DNA from: Plasmodiophora brassicae | Taxonomy: Eukaryota | NCBI GenBank assembly: GCA_036867785.1 | Contig: CP145411.1 | Span: forward strand, 372,001-436,000 | DNA: 64,000 nt | Reading direction: 5' to 3' | Part shown: positions 29,901 to 41,700 of the stretch, piece after piece | How positions within the stretch are numbered: the stretch's first letter is position 1 | How the letters are laid out: every line of letters begins with the position of its first letter | The notes under the pieces: model-generated | Seen by the model: only the letters and a program-made list of their open reading frames with translations | Databases searched by the model: none | What the model was told of the DNA's origin: nothing | Translations under genes and position numbers: made by a program

Positions 29901-31553
29901 CTGCAGGAACGTCGGAAATTCGGGCCTCTCGGATGGAACATCATGTATGAGTTCAATGCAAGCGACCTAAGCATCAGTGTCCGCCAACTTCGCCAGTTCA
30001 TTGAAACCTATGAAACGGTGCCACTCCAGGTAATTTTGAAGCCGAACACTGATATCGAGAGACAGATTCAGAGATGCGATAGGCCTTACGATATCTAACC
30101 GGTGAGCTCAACTACGGTGGGCGTGTCACCGATGAGAACGACCGACGGACCATGAATCATATTCTCAAAACGTTCTACTGTGACCAAATCGTTTCCGTCA
30201 ACCCCTACGCCCTGTCGTCATCAGGAGTCTACAAGACACCTCCTGTAGTTTGGTGATGTCCACGCTGTGTAACGTACTGGCTCTTAAATCGACTCTTCAT
30301 AGGACGGGGCGTTAGACTCGGTTATCGCACACATCAAGAAATTCCCGACGAACGATGAGCCGTCGACGTTTGGCCTTCACGACAACGCTAGCATTAGCTC
30401 TGCCATCAAGGAGAGCAGTGAACTGTTAGACGCAGCCCTCTGTCAAATGCCGCGCTCGACGAACACTTCCGGGGCTGTTCGCGATCTTGCTATTTCCCGA
30501 GCCGTCGCCGACACTCAGGTAGCCTGTAGATTTGCACTGTTCTCGTTGCAACCTGTAACGCGCATGCTAGGCGGCTGTGCCTGCTCTGTTTGATATCGAG
30601 GCGATATCCGCAAAGTACACGGTGGAATACAAGCAGAGTTTGAACACCGTCCTGGTTCAGGAAATCAAGCGTTTCAACCGGCTGTTAAACAAAGTCAAGT
30701 CGACCCTGTCGTCGCTGTCACAGGCTTTAGCCGGGCAACTGGTACGCCTGATAGATGTGCGTTTGGGCTGTATACTGAACAGGTCACGCAGGTGATGACG
30801 AGTGAGCTTGAAACACTTGGGAACGACATATTCGACGGAAGAGTACCCCGATTGTGGGCTTCCGTGTCATATCCATCGTTGAAGCCCCTCTCGTCGTGGG
30901 CCGATGACCTCAGCCGTCGAATTGCGTTCCTCCGGGACTGGGTGGACAATGGGCCACCACACATTTTCTGGATCTCTGGGTTCTTCTTCACCCAGAGCTT
31001 CTTAACTGGTGCGCTTCAGGTACGTACGGTTCGGTAGGTGGTGTTGCGAGCGGTTTCCAACCTGAACGTCTATAGAATTACGCCCGTGCTCACCAATTCC
31101 CCATCGACACGCTCAGTTTCGACTTTGAGGTCATGTCGTCATTGACTGGGAACGAAGACCGCCAAGCAGTCAAGGCTCCTGAGTCAGGCTGCTACGTTTC
31201 TGGAATGTTCCTCGAAGGCGCCCGCTGGGATTCCCAGCACCAGTGCTTAGGTATTTCGATGTATGGCCAAGGTGTGGGACTTGGCATGACAATTGCCTGC
31301 AGCGGAGTCCATGCCGAAGACATTGCAGACGCCAATGCCTGTCGTCTGGCTGAAGCCGATGAAGACGGGGGACATCCCAGCGAACAGGACACTGTACCCG
31401 TGCCCAGTCTACAAAACAAGCAAACGCGCCGGCACTCTTTCCACAACAGGGCATTCTACAAACTACGTCATGACCGTGAACCTGCCATCCCGGCTCCCAG
31501 AAGAGCACTGGGTCAAACGTGGTGTTGCTCTTATTCTCCAGCTCGATGACTGA
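14951..31553 (+). CDS. Axonemal dynein heavy chain, single-headed inner-arm type (DNAH1-like N-terminus), many introns
   Basis: [20 protein letters not shown]1 [29 protein letters not shown]2 GRTLAGKT; P3 GGTGTGKT; P4 GVGGSGRQS; stalk region; [11 protein letters not shown]-terminal [15 protein letters not shown]. Confidence 0.97.
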
Positions 31554-31766
31554 TAAATCTTGCGAAATATATCGGCGCTGGCACCATTATTCGGTTGATC
31601 CGTTAGTCGCTCTGATGCAGGCGGACCGAGGAGTGCAGTTTTGATATGAAGAAGCTGAAGCGCATTCGCTTTATACGTCTGACGAGTACTAGGTAGACGC
31701 GGTAGTATAGGTTGAATTGGCGTTGAAGTCGCAAACACGAACGGACATGATCGTGAGCGCCCAAAA

Positions 31767-31886
31767 GGTTACATCACCATGCGGTTCCCCGGTGGTCCCC
31801 CTCCCGAGTACTGAACAGGCCAAACACCATTTGGCTTCGCAATTCGGAATGAGATACGGCACATTCGGTGTTGTATGAACGTAACC
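31767..31886 (-). rRNA. 5S rRNA gene, copy 1
   Basis: 120 nt GGTTACGTTCATACAACACCGAATG...GGTGATGTAACC. Ends are complementary (helix I). Box A-like GAAGCCAA, AGTACT, box C-like GGAGGGGGACC; followed by a T4 run (Pol III terminator). Confidence 0.93.
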
Positions 31887-31920
31887 GGTGTTGGTGGTGC
31901 ACTTCCGCCTTCATGTAATT
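31887..31920 (-). promoter_or_regulatory. Conserved 5S upstream element (ATTACATsAAG..GGA..TGCACyACCA), shared with copies 2 and 3
   Basis: Minus strand aattacatgaaggcggaagtgcaccaccaacacc aligns with attacatcaagccggagatgcaccaccagcactaac at 47942-47977. Confidence 0.6.
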
Positions 31921-32312
31921 AAAACAATAGGTAGCTACCGCCGGGTACCCTCCATTTGGAACGCCGCTGCCAGGAAAACCAATGATCTCCCCGATCCTGC
32001 CGGGCTTACGAAAAGAGGCCGACCGCTCCTGGACAACATAGGACATGGCGTGTTGTTGACCCGGGCTGAACGACGCGATGCCCACGCTCCGTCATGGCCG
32101 CAGCGAAATCCTCACCGATCATCATCATGATTCATGACCTCAGGGAACTCCGGACATGCATCGAGCGCCCGCCGCTGTCCGCGTTGGCCTTGTCGCCGCC
32201 AGCTGAAGACGCCACAGGTTGCGATGGGGAGCAACCGCGCTCCATGACCTCCGACGTACGGAACGAGCAAGCGGTCTACAAATATGAGGGGATCGTAGAA
32301 TAGTCCCAAACG

Positions 32313-32746
32313 GGGCTTCTTCTTCCGCCCCGGATCCGCCTGGCCCCCAGAGCCCTCTTGGTAGGCGCTTAGTGCCGACCTACATAGGAAACGCACAATG
32401 CGCTCGGCGGTCTTCCCGATGTGCTGTATTCTTTCGGCGTACGCGTGAAACGTCTCGTCTGGTATCATCGAGAACTGGCACTCGCTGTCCTCGACGAGCT
32501 TCGGGCAATACTACGACGTTGTACAAATAGCACAACCATCTGGCACGGCAGTATTGTCCGAAGCTCGTCGAGGACAGCGAGTGCCAGTTCTCGATGATGC
32601 CGGATGAGACGATTCACGCGTACGCCAAAAGAATCCAGCACATCGGGAAGACCGCCGAGCGCATTGTGCGTTTCCCAGGTCGGCACTACGCGCTAACCAA
32701 GAGGGCTCTGGAGGCCCAGGCGGATCCGGGGCGGAAGAAGAAGCCC
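32313..32746. repeat. Long imperfect inverted repeat (foldback): arms 32313-32512 and 32550-32746, 37-nt spacer; arms encode a gag-like peptide
   Basis: Reverse-complement match along both arms, e.g. tcatcgagaactggcactcgctgtcctcgacgagcttcgg vs ccgaagctcgtcgaggacagcgagtgccagttctcgatga. Opposite-strand ORFs share PDET.HAYA.RIQHIGKTAERIVRF and QADPGRKKKP. Confidence 0.92.
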
Positions 32747-33305
32747 TGGATGACGACGGCGCTTGTGTTAACATCCACCAACGAATTCTGCGAGTCGGTC
32801 ACGTTGATGTCTACGGAGGTCTTCGCAGTACTAAACAAGTACGAGTGCGCCGACACACCCATGAAATGTGAATGGCCCACGCCGCCCTGGCTAGGCGAGG
32901 CCGTCGTCAGGTGGTCGGTTCCTGCCAGCAGCACGGACAGCGCCTTGTTCACGTAGGCTGATTGTCCAAGATCAGCGGAAACAGGGTCTAGAACAAACAG
33001 CGGCTTGGTGGCGCCAGTTGAGCCTTCGAGCGACGTGTGCACGCGGGGCACGCACGTACCGAGCCGTGATCGGGCACCAGCGCCGCCTGCGATCCGAACC
33101 GCATTGAAAACGTTAGCGCAGAACGAGTCGCCTCTATTACCTATTCACATCGACGGCGTGTAAAATACAGGACTGGACCCCTCCGAGTCCGGCAGTCGGC
33201 CGTTGTTGCAAGGCCGTCGTGGGTCCGCACCCCTCCGGTCCCCCCGCCCTCAACAGTCAACGAACGGCACACCGCCACGGACACCGTGCGGCATCGTCCG
33301 TAAAC

Positions 33306-33329
33306 GGGGGGGGGGGGGGGGGGGGGGGG
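33306..33329 (+). repeat. Poly-G homopolymer (24 G)
   Basis: Counted directly in the sequence. Confidence 0.9.
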
Positions 33330-33486
33330 CGTGCTCTAACAGTGGCCTGTGGGCTATGGGCGATCGACTCAACGCTCATGAGATGGCTGTTGCGGTGCTA
33401 AATCGGGAGCGCGCGGTGCATCGGATCTGCGGCGTTTGCATTCCGCAGTCCGCATAGCGGAAACACGAGTCCCACATTCGAGATCG

Positions 33487-34105
33487 ATGGTTCCCGCCCG
33501 AGCGTTCCTGTTCACGTTTCTACTGGTTGTTCTGGCCATCCTTGATGGGAAGCGGGCTTTTGGTGCAAGTGGTGGCGGCGGAGGCGGTCGCGGTGGCGAA
33601 CATGGCGGGGGTGAAGGCCGTGGTGGCCAAGGCGGAGACGGTAAAACAGGTGCAGGTGCATTTCCATATGACGACCCAAGCCACCCGTCGGTTCAGGACC
33701 CGCACAATCATGGCGTTCGCTACTTCCCTCCAACTCTCGTGCCGAGTCCAGGCGACCCCCAGTGCTTGACAACGAATACGGAGCAATGTTCCACGCTATC
33801 GTCCGACACAAACTTCCATCCGCCTCTTCGTTGCTGCCAAGGTATTAATCCCGTCAGAAAATGTGCTCCGTGAATGTGGTTGCTGATGATCAACACGGAC
33901 AGGATCATCCAGTCAGTGTCAGGATCCAATTACCCCATCTGACTTTTGCAGTCCTTCCAAAGGTTTCCAGAACGGGTCGAAGTTCTGCTGTCTCCAGTAC
34001 CAGGCCTACTCCGATGCACTCCAGGCGCAAGGCCCGCACATGATCACTCTGGTGCTTCTTCTGCTGATCCTCCAGCGCATCCTCAACGGTGCCCCGGGGG
34101 CCTGA
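33487..34105 (+). CDS. Small secreted Gly-rich/Cys-rich protein (~185 aa) with C-terminal hydrophobic, GPI-like signal; 2 exons
   Basis: Signal peptide MVPARAFLFTFLLVVLAILDG and Gly-rich linker. Removing GT-AG intron 33842-33902 gives an open frame ..RCCQGSSSQCQDPITPSDFCSPSKGFQNGSKFCCLQYQAYSDALQAQGPHMITLVLLLLILQRILNGAPGA*. Confidence 0.78.
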
Positions 34106-34256
34106 GCCTGATTCGTGCCGTCGTCGACCCCACGAAGAGAGGAATGCAACACCAGTGTCCGTTAAACTCTGCCGAGTTCTACCGGGATGCGTGAGACTCT
34201 TCCGTGTGTAGCGCTTTGGTGCAGCGTAGAAAAGTGCGCGTCGTTCTATTTCGGTT

Positions 34257-34985
34257 ATGGCGAGCGACAGCGGCGATGATGTCGTTGGTGCGTTGAACAC
34301 TGTTGACGAACAGCTGGAGTTCGATGCGCCGGATCGGCATATCGTCATGTCTATCGCGAGTTCGACGGACGTCGACCACAGCGGGTTGCAGGCGTGGCCG
34401 TGTTGTCAGCTGGTCTGCGATTGGTTCCTACGAACAGATACGCAGCCTCGTCTCGGGCAGTCCACGATCCTCGAGGTCGGCTGCGGTCCTGGTCTAGTCG
34501 CTGTCGTCCTCGGACCTTCTGCCAAGGCGTTTGTTGCCAGCGATCATGACGACGACGTCCTGTCGCTATGTAAGTCGAACCTGCAACGGAACGGTCTTGC
34601 CGATCGTGTTCAGACGCGTCGAATCGATGTTGTTGAGTTGGCAGCCGGAGATACACCATTCGATGCCGTTCCTATCGAGAATGTTGACTACTTGATCGCC
34701 TGCGACCTAGTCTTCGAGGATGTGTTGACATCGTCGCTCGTTAATCTGTCGTCGAGGTACTTGGCGAAGGGCGCACGCGTTCTCATCGCCGTTGAATCTC
34801 GTGTTAATTTCATCGTCGCGACCATGGCAATCGCGGACGTCGCTCTTGACCACTTCCGTCGATGCGTCGATGACGCGGGTCTCGGTCTCGTCCTTGTCGA
34901 CATGGGCGACATCGCCAGTGCCACGTCCTTGGAACGCTCTCCCACGTCGCTTCTCTTCGAGATCGTTACTGGAGGGCCACGATAG
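34257..34985 (+). CDS. Class I SAM-dependent lysine methyltransferase, Methyltransf_16 family (METTL22-like), intronless
   Basis: SGLQAWPCCQLVCDW, ILEVGCGPGL (motif I), FVASDH, YLIACDLVFED, AVESRVNF. Confidence 0.88.
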   Translation: MASDSGDDVVGALNTVDEQLEFDAPDRHIVMSIASSTDVDHSGLQAWPCCQLVCDWFLRTDTQPRLGQSTILEVGCGPGLVAVVLGPSAKAFVASDHDDDVLSLCKSNLQRNGLADRVQTRRIDVVELAAGDTPFDAVPIENVDYLIACDLVFEDVLTSSLVNLSSRYLAKGARVLIAVESRVNFIVATMAIADVALDHFRRCVDDAGLGLVLVDMGDIASATSLERSPTSLLFEIVTGGPR

Positions 34986-35769
34986 TTTAGGACCTGAAAC
35001 CTCGAAGCACATTGGCAAAGATGGTACGAAGGAATGGCCACCGGAATGGCTGCTCGCCAAACGCTACATCACAACATTGTTGGTGGCGTTATTTCGGCCA
35101 ATGCTTGCGATTTCGTATATTGCGGCCACTAAGACGCTGTTCAGTCTACAACAGGACGATGATGGCGGTCGCTGTCACCTGTCAGCCGTGTCGTACAATC
35201 AACAGCTCAACAGCTCATCACCATCTCGCGGTGCGATCCGCGTTGGCAACATCAATACACAATAAGCGACATATCGTCAAACAATAGCTGCAGCGCCAGA
35301 CCCGTCTGGACGGTCTACTCGGGCAGAATGATGCTCAGCTGGTCGGGCCAGCACGGGGATGGCGACGTTTGACGTCGCCGTCCGCGTTGTCAGCACTGGC
35401 GCGGCGTTCCCAGTCCGCCTCCTGGTTCGGTCGACCTTCGCGGGTGGTATACCTGTTCCATTGAGGTCTGGGACAGGTACATCAGTGAGCCAACTCCACG
35501 AACGTGTCAGGTGGAGCTGTGACTGAGAAGATATACGACGTGGCCTACAACCTCGCCCGGCAACCCATTCGCAGGAACAACGGCATCCTGCCTTGTGGCC
35601 GGTTTCGTCGGCAATCGCGCTGCGTATTGATCGAAGGAGCAGCGTGAAATGGATATCTGCCCTGCGTTGCACCACCGCCATCGTATGTTATCTGCTGGGT
35701 TGCTTGTCAGTTCCTGGTCAGTGGGGCCTCAGGTCGGCGGGGCCTTCGTCCCGACGTTCCGCGGGTTCG

Positions 35770-38700
35770 ATGGGTCGGCAGCAACGGGCGCTGACCCGGG
35801 CGGTCGTGCTGGCGTTATGCATCGGTATCGCCTGGTCATCGTCGCCGCTGTCGATCGTGTCCTTGACGGCTCTGAACACGGCCGCTCTCGATTCGTATGC
35901 CGCGGGCGATTCCATTGAGGTCACGTTCAGCGCCGCCACGAACAAAGCGAATGGGTCGGATGCGCTTCCAGGTCGATCGCTGGTCGACGCGATCGTGACC
36001 TTCTCCCAGTCGCTGGGGTCATCCTATACCGGCTTCTGGCTGTCACCGTCCGTCCTCCTTGTTACAATCATCAATTCTTCGACGGCAGCGCCGCCCCAGA
36101 TCGGCGTCTGCACTGCAACGATCAACGGCCACCTGCTCGGCGCCTCTGTATCCTCGTCGCCATCTCCTGCTCTGAATGGATCGTTCGCGGCAGCACCCGC
36201 CATCTCGTCAGTCCTGTGCGTTGCCGCACCTGGGCAGGCGAGTTACGCTGCCGGATCGACGATCCAGATCGCGTTCGACCGCGCCACTGACATGGCAGGC
36301 GGGCCGACGACCCTGACCAAGTCGCAGACGGACGCGCTGATCACCGCAAGCCAGTCCCTGGGCGCATCCTACACGTCGACATGGACGTCGGCGTCGGTTC
36401 TGCAGATCGTCATCGTCGATCCGACCGGGGCGGCACCGCCTACGCCTGGCGCCCTGACGATCACCGTCGTCGGTGCGATCAGGAACGCGGCGCGAACATC
36501 GGCCCTGGCGACCGGATCGGTGTCGCCGACCGCAGCTGGATCGTTTCGCGCGAATCTCGTCCCGATCATAACGTCCATCACGCCAACGAACGGGTCGATG
36601 GCGGGATCCACGACGATCACGATCTCGGGCATGCTGCTCGGCACGTCCGCCAGCGATCTCGGGAACGTGACCGTCATCGGAGGCGTATGTGGGTCCGCTC
36701 CCTGTGCCAACGTCGTCTGGATATCGTCGACCCAGGTCAAATGTCGGCCGCCAGCGACAACCGCATCAGGTGCTGTCAACGTCCAAGTCCAGACACTCTC
36801 TGGCGGGCGCTCATCGATATCGAACGCGTCATCGCGTTTCACCTACAACGCCCAGCCGGTCGTGACCAGAGTTGCACCCGCTTCGGTCCCTGTTGCTGGC
36901 GGGACGCTCATCACGATCCTGGGAACGAACCTGGCGCAGTCCAGCGCCGATATCGGATCAGTGACCGTTGGCGGGTCATCTTGCCTCAGCCCCGTCTTCG
37001 TGAACAGCACGACGATACGGTGCACGGTGCCGGCGTTGCCATCGGGGGGCGCGGTCCCCGTTGTTGTCACCAGCGCGCTCAACGGCATTAGTTCGCAGAC
37101 CAGCGTCCTGGTTGGTCTGTGCGGCGTCGGCCAGTACCAGCGAGGGACGTCGTGCGTTGCCTGCGCTCCGGGATGGTATTCGACGACGGCCGGGGCCCAG
37201 AATTGCACAGCATCGCCCCCTGGGTACATGACGCCCTCGACGTCATCTGCGCCGGTTGTGTGTCCCGCGGGAACGTTTAGCCTGGGATTGGCGGCGACGT
37301 GCACGGTATGCCCTGCCGGGACCTTCTCATCGTCGTCGGGGTCGGCAGCGTGCACAGCGTGCCCCAGTGGGTCAGTGTGTGTCGATGCATCTCGTCTGGA
37401 AGGGCGCCCTCAGACGGCGTTTGCGCAGGTCGTTCTGTCTAACGAATTCATCGGCGCCTGTGCTGTGCTCGCCTGGGAAGTATTCCAGTAAGACGCGTGC
37501 GTGGCATCATCGCACCGCGACACACTTATCGTACGACCATTCCCGGCACAGGTTCCGGGCAGGGATCCTGTTCGTCGTGCTCGACAGGCTACTTCGCGAA
37601 AGGGCCCGGATCGTCGAATTGCTCGGCGACGCCACCGGGTTCGGTTTGGGTGTCGCTGATATCGGATCCCCGCGATTGCCCTGCTGGCACGTACGCCACT
37701 GGACTGGCGACGTCGTGCTCACCCTGTCCCGCTGGTCGGTTCGCCCCGGCGAATCGCTCGGCGTCGTGTACGATCTGCCCGTCTGGGTTCGTAGCGTGAC
37801 CCGCTGGCCAGGTTAAGCCTTGAACGCCCATCGCAGATCGTATTGCAACTCTACGATCAGCCAGCTGTGTCCGCCAGGGAGATATGCCGGTTCGTGGTGG
37901 TTGGCGGCAGCGTTGCATCCTCCAGGATCGTTGACTATGTACATGTTAGGCGCCGGCCAGTTGTCCTGTGCCTCCTGTGCTGTGGGCTATTACGCAGTGG
38001 GATATGGCAACGCGAACTGCTCTGCAACTTCACCTGGCATGATGGCAGCGTCAACGTCATCGGTACCGCAGAGTTGCCCGGCGGGCACCTTCAGCAAGGG
38101 ACTGGCGACGTCGTGCTCGCCATGCGGGCCGGGGTCGTACTCCGCGACGAATCGCTCGTCATCGTGCACGACCTGTCCTGCTGGATTTCGCTGCAACTCA
38201 ACTGCCGCCACGATCTGTCCAGGTAGGAGTCGTTGAGCGCTGTCCCCACCGTGTTTGCTTTGACACGGGGCATCTTCAACCTACAGCTGGGACGTTTGCA
38301 GGCACGTCCTGCCGCCGATCGCATGTGGCCGTGAGTCCTCAATCGGGTGTCTTATAGCGTCAGGGCAAACGACATGTTCGCCGTGCCTGCCTGGGTACTA
38401 TGCATCGTCCCCTGGCAGCTGGAATTGCACCGCGTCGCCCCCAGGGACGTATTCGCCTTCGTCGACCCTGCCACCTGTCCCATGCTCTCCTGGAACTTTT
38501 TCAGGTGTTGATTTCCCCTGTAGCCCGTTTACACCATAATCGCGACCTTATCGCGGGTTGATTACAGGGTATGCCCAGAACGGGTCATGCATTGCCTGCG
38601 CACCTGGGTGGTACACAGGCACCAGCCGCTCGACGTCTTGCATTCAGGTACGTTCGCCAGTCGTGCTATCCATTGCTGTTCCAAAGGGGAAATTTCAATC

Positions 38701-41700
38701 GTCGTCCTAGTGCCCAGCCGGTTCATATTGCTCTGCGACAAGTATCACTGCCTGTCCTGGTAAGCCTCCAAACGGGTCAGGTTACCCACACGCTGATGAC
38801 TAACGCGTCATGCACAGTTGGCCGTTTCTCAGGTATGCCAGTTCGCCACCGGTCGACCAATGTGTCTCACTGGGACCTGTTCCGGGGCGAAGGCGCCGGG
38901 CAGACCAGCTGCCAGCAGTGCCCGACCGGGTACTATGCCAACTCGACTGGGTCCCCGAATTGTACAGCGACACCGGCCGGCTACGCTGTCCAGGCACCGT
39001 CGTCAGCACCGATAGCGTGCGCTCCTGGCAACTGGTCGAGCGCCCTCGCCACGTCCTGCCTGGCGTGCTCCCCTGGCACATTCGCGGCGACGGTCAAGTC
39101 GGCTACGTGCCAAACGTGCCCAGCGGGTACCCTTGCTGTTCGTGGTCGTTGGCTCGATTCTGACGGGTTGTCCCATAGGTTCATACTGCACCAGCACTGC
39201 CGCTTACGCTTGCCCTGCTGGCAGATACTCCAGTCAGTGCAGCGTTCTGTGTGGCAGGAGCGTTGCCCTGAACCGATGCTGGACCGCACAGTCAGCGGTC
39301 AGACGGCGTGCACGAATTGCTCGCTGGGATGGTATTCCAGCTCGTCCAATTCAGGGTCTTGCACACAGGTCCGTCTTCGTTATTTGCCACGCTTCGGTAC
39401 TGACCAGGAGTAGTGTCCCGCCGGGTCGTTCTGCACGTCGACGACGGCTACACTATGTCCAGGTGTGAATCGGGACCATTTGCAGTGGAGTTGTCGAATC
39501 TGACGCAAACGCCTCCAGCGGGGACCTTCTCGGTCGCTGGTTCGATTAGTTGCACGCCCTGCTCGCCGGGCTGGTATGCGTCGAGCGCGGGTCGACCGGC
39601 ATGCACGATCGCGCCTGCTGGCACGATTGCTCCTTCCGTGTCCAGCAATCCATCGGCCTGCCCAGCTGGAACGTTCAGCGGTCCGTTGCGCCCGCTTTCT
39701 CGTTCCGCAACCGGCCTCTAACGAGTTATACAGCCGCTGGCCAAACAGCCTGCTCGCCATGTGAGTCGTGCCTGCGTGTTGCACACAGGACGACGCATGA
39801 CGATTCGTGCAGGTCCAACTGGATGGTACTCGAGCAGTGGGTCGTCGGCGGCATGCTCGCAGGTCATCCGTTGCTATTCGCAATGGCGTCTTCCCGCACG
39901 GTTGCTGACGATCTGCCCCTTGTAGTGCCCGCCTGGGTGGTATTGCACATCGACCGCTGCGACGATATGTTGGGCCAACGGGGGGTCGCCGTGTGCTCTC
40001 CGGTTGCACTGACGGTTCGCTCAGGTCCAAAGGGAACCTTTTCGCCGGCAGGCCAAACGGGCTGTACGCCGTGTCCCCCGGGTCAGGCTTCCTGTGTCCC
40101 GTAGATCGATACGATCATTGATGAATCGTCGAACAGGGTACTACGCGCCATACGCCGGATCAGCGAATTGTACGGCAACGCCGGCAGGGTACGCTGCCCT
40201 GACGCCCACATCGTTCCCGGTTGCATGCCAACCTGGGAACTTCTCCGGTACGCTCGACGATGCCACGTGACAGGCAGGGTCGTACCGACCGACTCGTCTC
40301 TTAGGGCCGCTGGCCACACAATGCAGCCGGTGCTCACCGGGAACGTATAGCTCGAAAGCCCTGTCCACAGTGTGTCTGTCGTGCAACACAGGTCTGCTTG
40401 CTACGCTTGCTTATGCTCTCCTGACTAACGTGGTTTCCACAGGATACTCGTGCAGTAATCAGACAGCAGCAACGTTATGCCCAGCAGGGTAAGGCGGTTC
40501 GGTGACGCTTATTTGTGTCGATGACCCAGTCTGCCGTGAAGGTCGTACTGCCCATCCATTGCGTCGTCTCCCATACCATGCCAGAGCGGGTGGTACAGCA
40601 CAGCTGGGCAGACATCCTGCACTGTATGTCCTGCTGGGTATTCCTGTCAAATAAGCTCGTTACCTCCCGTCCTGTGCCTTCCCGGGCGGTACTCATCGTC
40701 CGGAAGCACATCCTGCTTATCTTGCCCCGCTGGGTCCATCTGTCCCGACCCAAGTGAACCTCCAGTGGCATGCCCATCCGGTTCATATAGCCCGGCTGCA
40801 TCCATATTCTGCCAGCCATGTCCTGCTGGCAGCGCCTGCTGGAATCCAGCGACGGCGCCGGTGGCGTGCGCCCCAGGATGGTACTCTGACTGCGGCTCGG
40901 TCAATTGCACCCAAGCGTCCCAGGGTCGATACGCACCATCGACATCGTATCCCAGCATGGCCTGCCAGCCGGGGCGGTTCAGTCTAGCCGGGGCGACCAA
41001 CTGTACGACGTGCCCAGCTGGGTATTCATGCGAGACGCCAACGTTGAAAGCGGCGTGCCCTGTGGGGAAGTGGTCCCTCTCCGGGTACACAGTCTGCATA
41101 CCGGTACACCGCATGCGTGTTGTGTTGAACTGGACGTTGTTAGTCATGTTGGACCGTGTCGTAGTGCCCCGCTGGGTTCCAGTGTGCGACCACAAGCGCA
41201 ACGCCGGTTCGATGCACACCTGGCAAGTACAGCACTGGTGCGAAATCGTCAGTGAAGCGATCATCTGGGTCAGCTTAGCGCAGTGCTGGTTCTGTAGGCA
41301 ACCAGACCTCGTGCACGTCCTGTCCAGCCGGGTTTGCGGTGAGTTCAATGTCACGTGTGTTCGTTCGACGACTACGACACCTGATGTGTCCTGGGGCAGT
41401 GTCCTCAAATCGATTCGGGCATCGTACAGCCCTGTCAACCCGGGAAGTACTCGACGGGCGGTCTCGCCACTTGCGCTGCCTGCCCGGCGGGTAAGAACGC
41501 GTCTGTCTGGCTCGTGTGACGTCGGGCACCAACGCCTGTGGCTGTTCAGGGAGTTACTGTCCTTCGACCACAGTGGCCACTGTGGTCGCCTGCCCTGCTG
41601 GATTGTGGTCCGCCACCTCGAGTTCGCAGTGTTCGCCGTGTCCAGCTGGGTTAGCGCCTGGGCAGCTGACCTCGGTGGCTAATCCGCTGAACAAACGACG

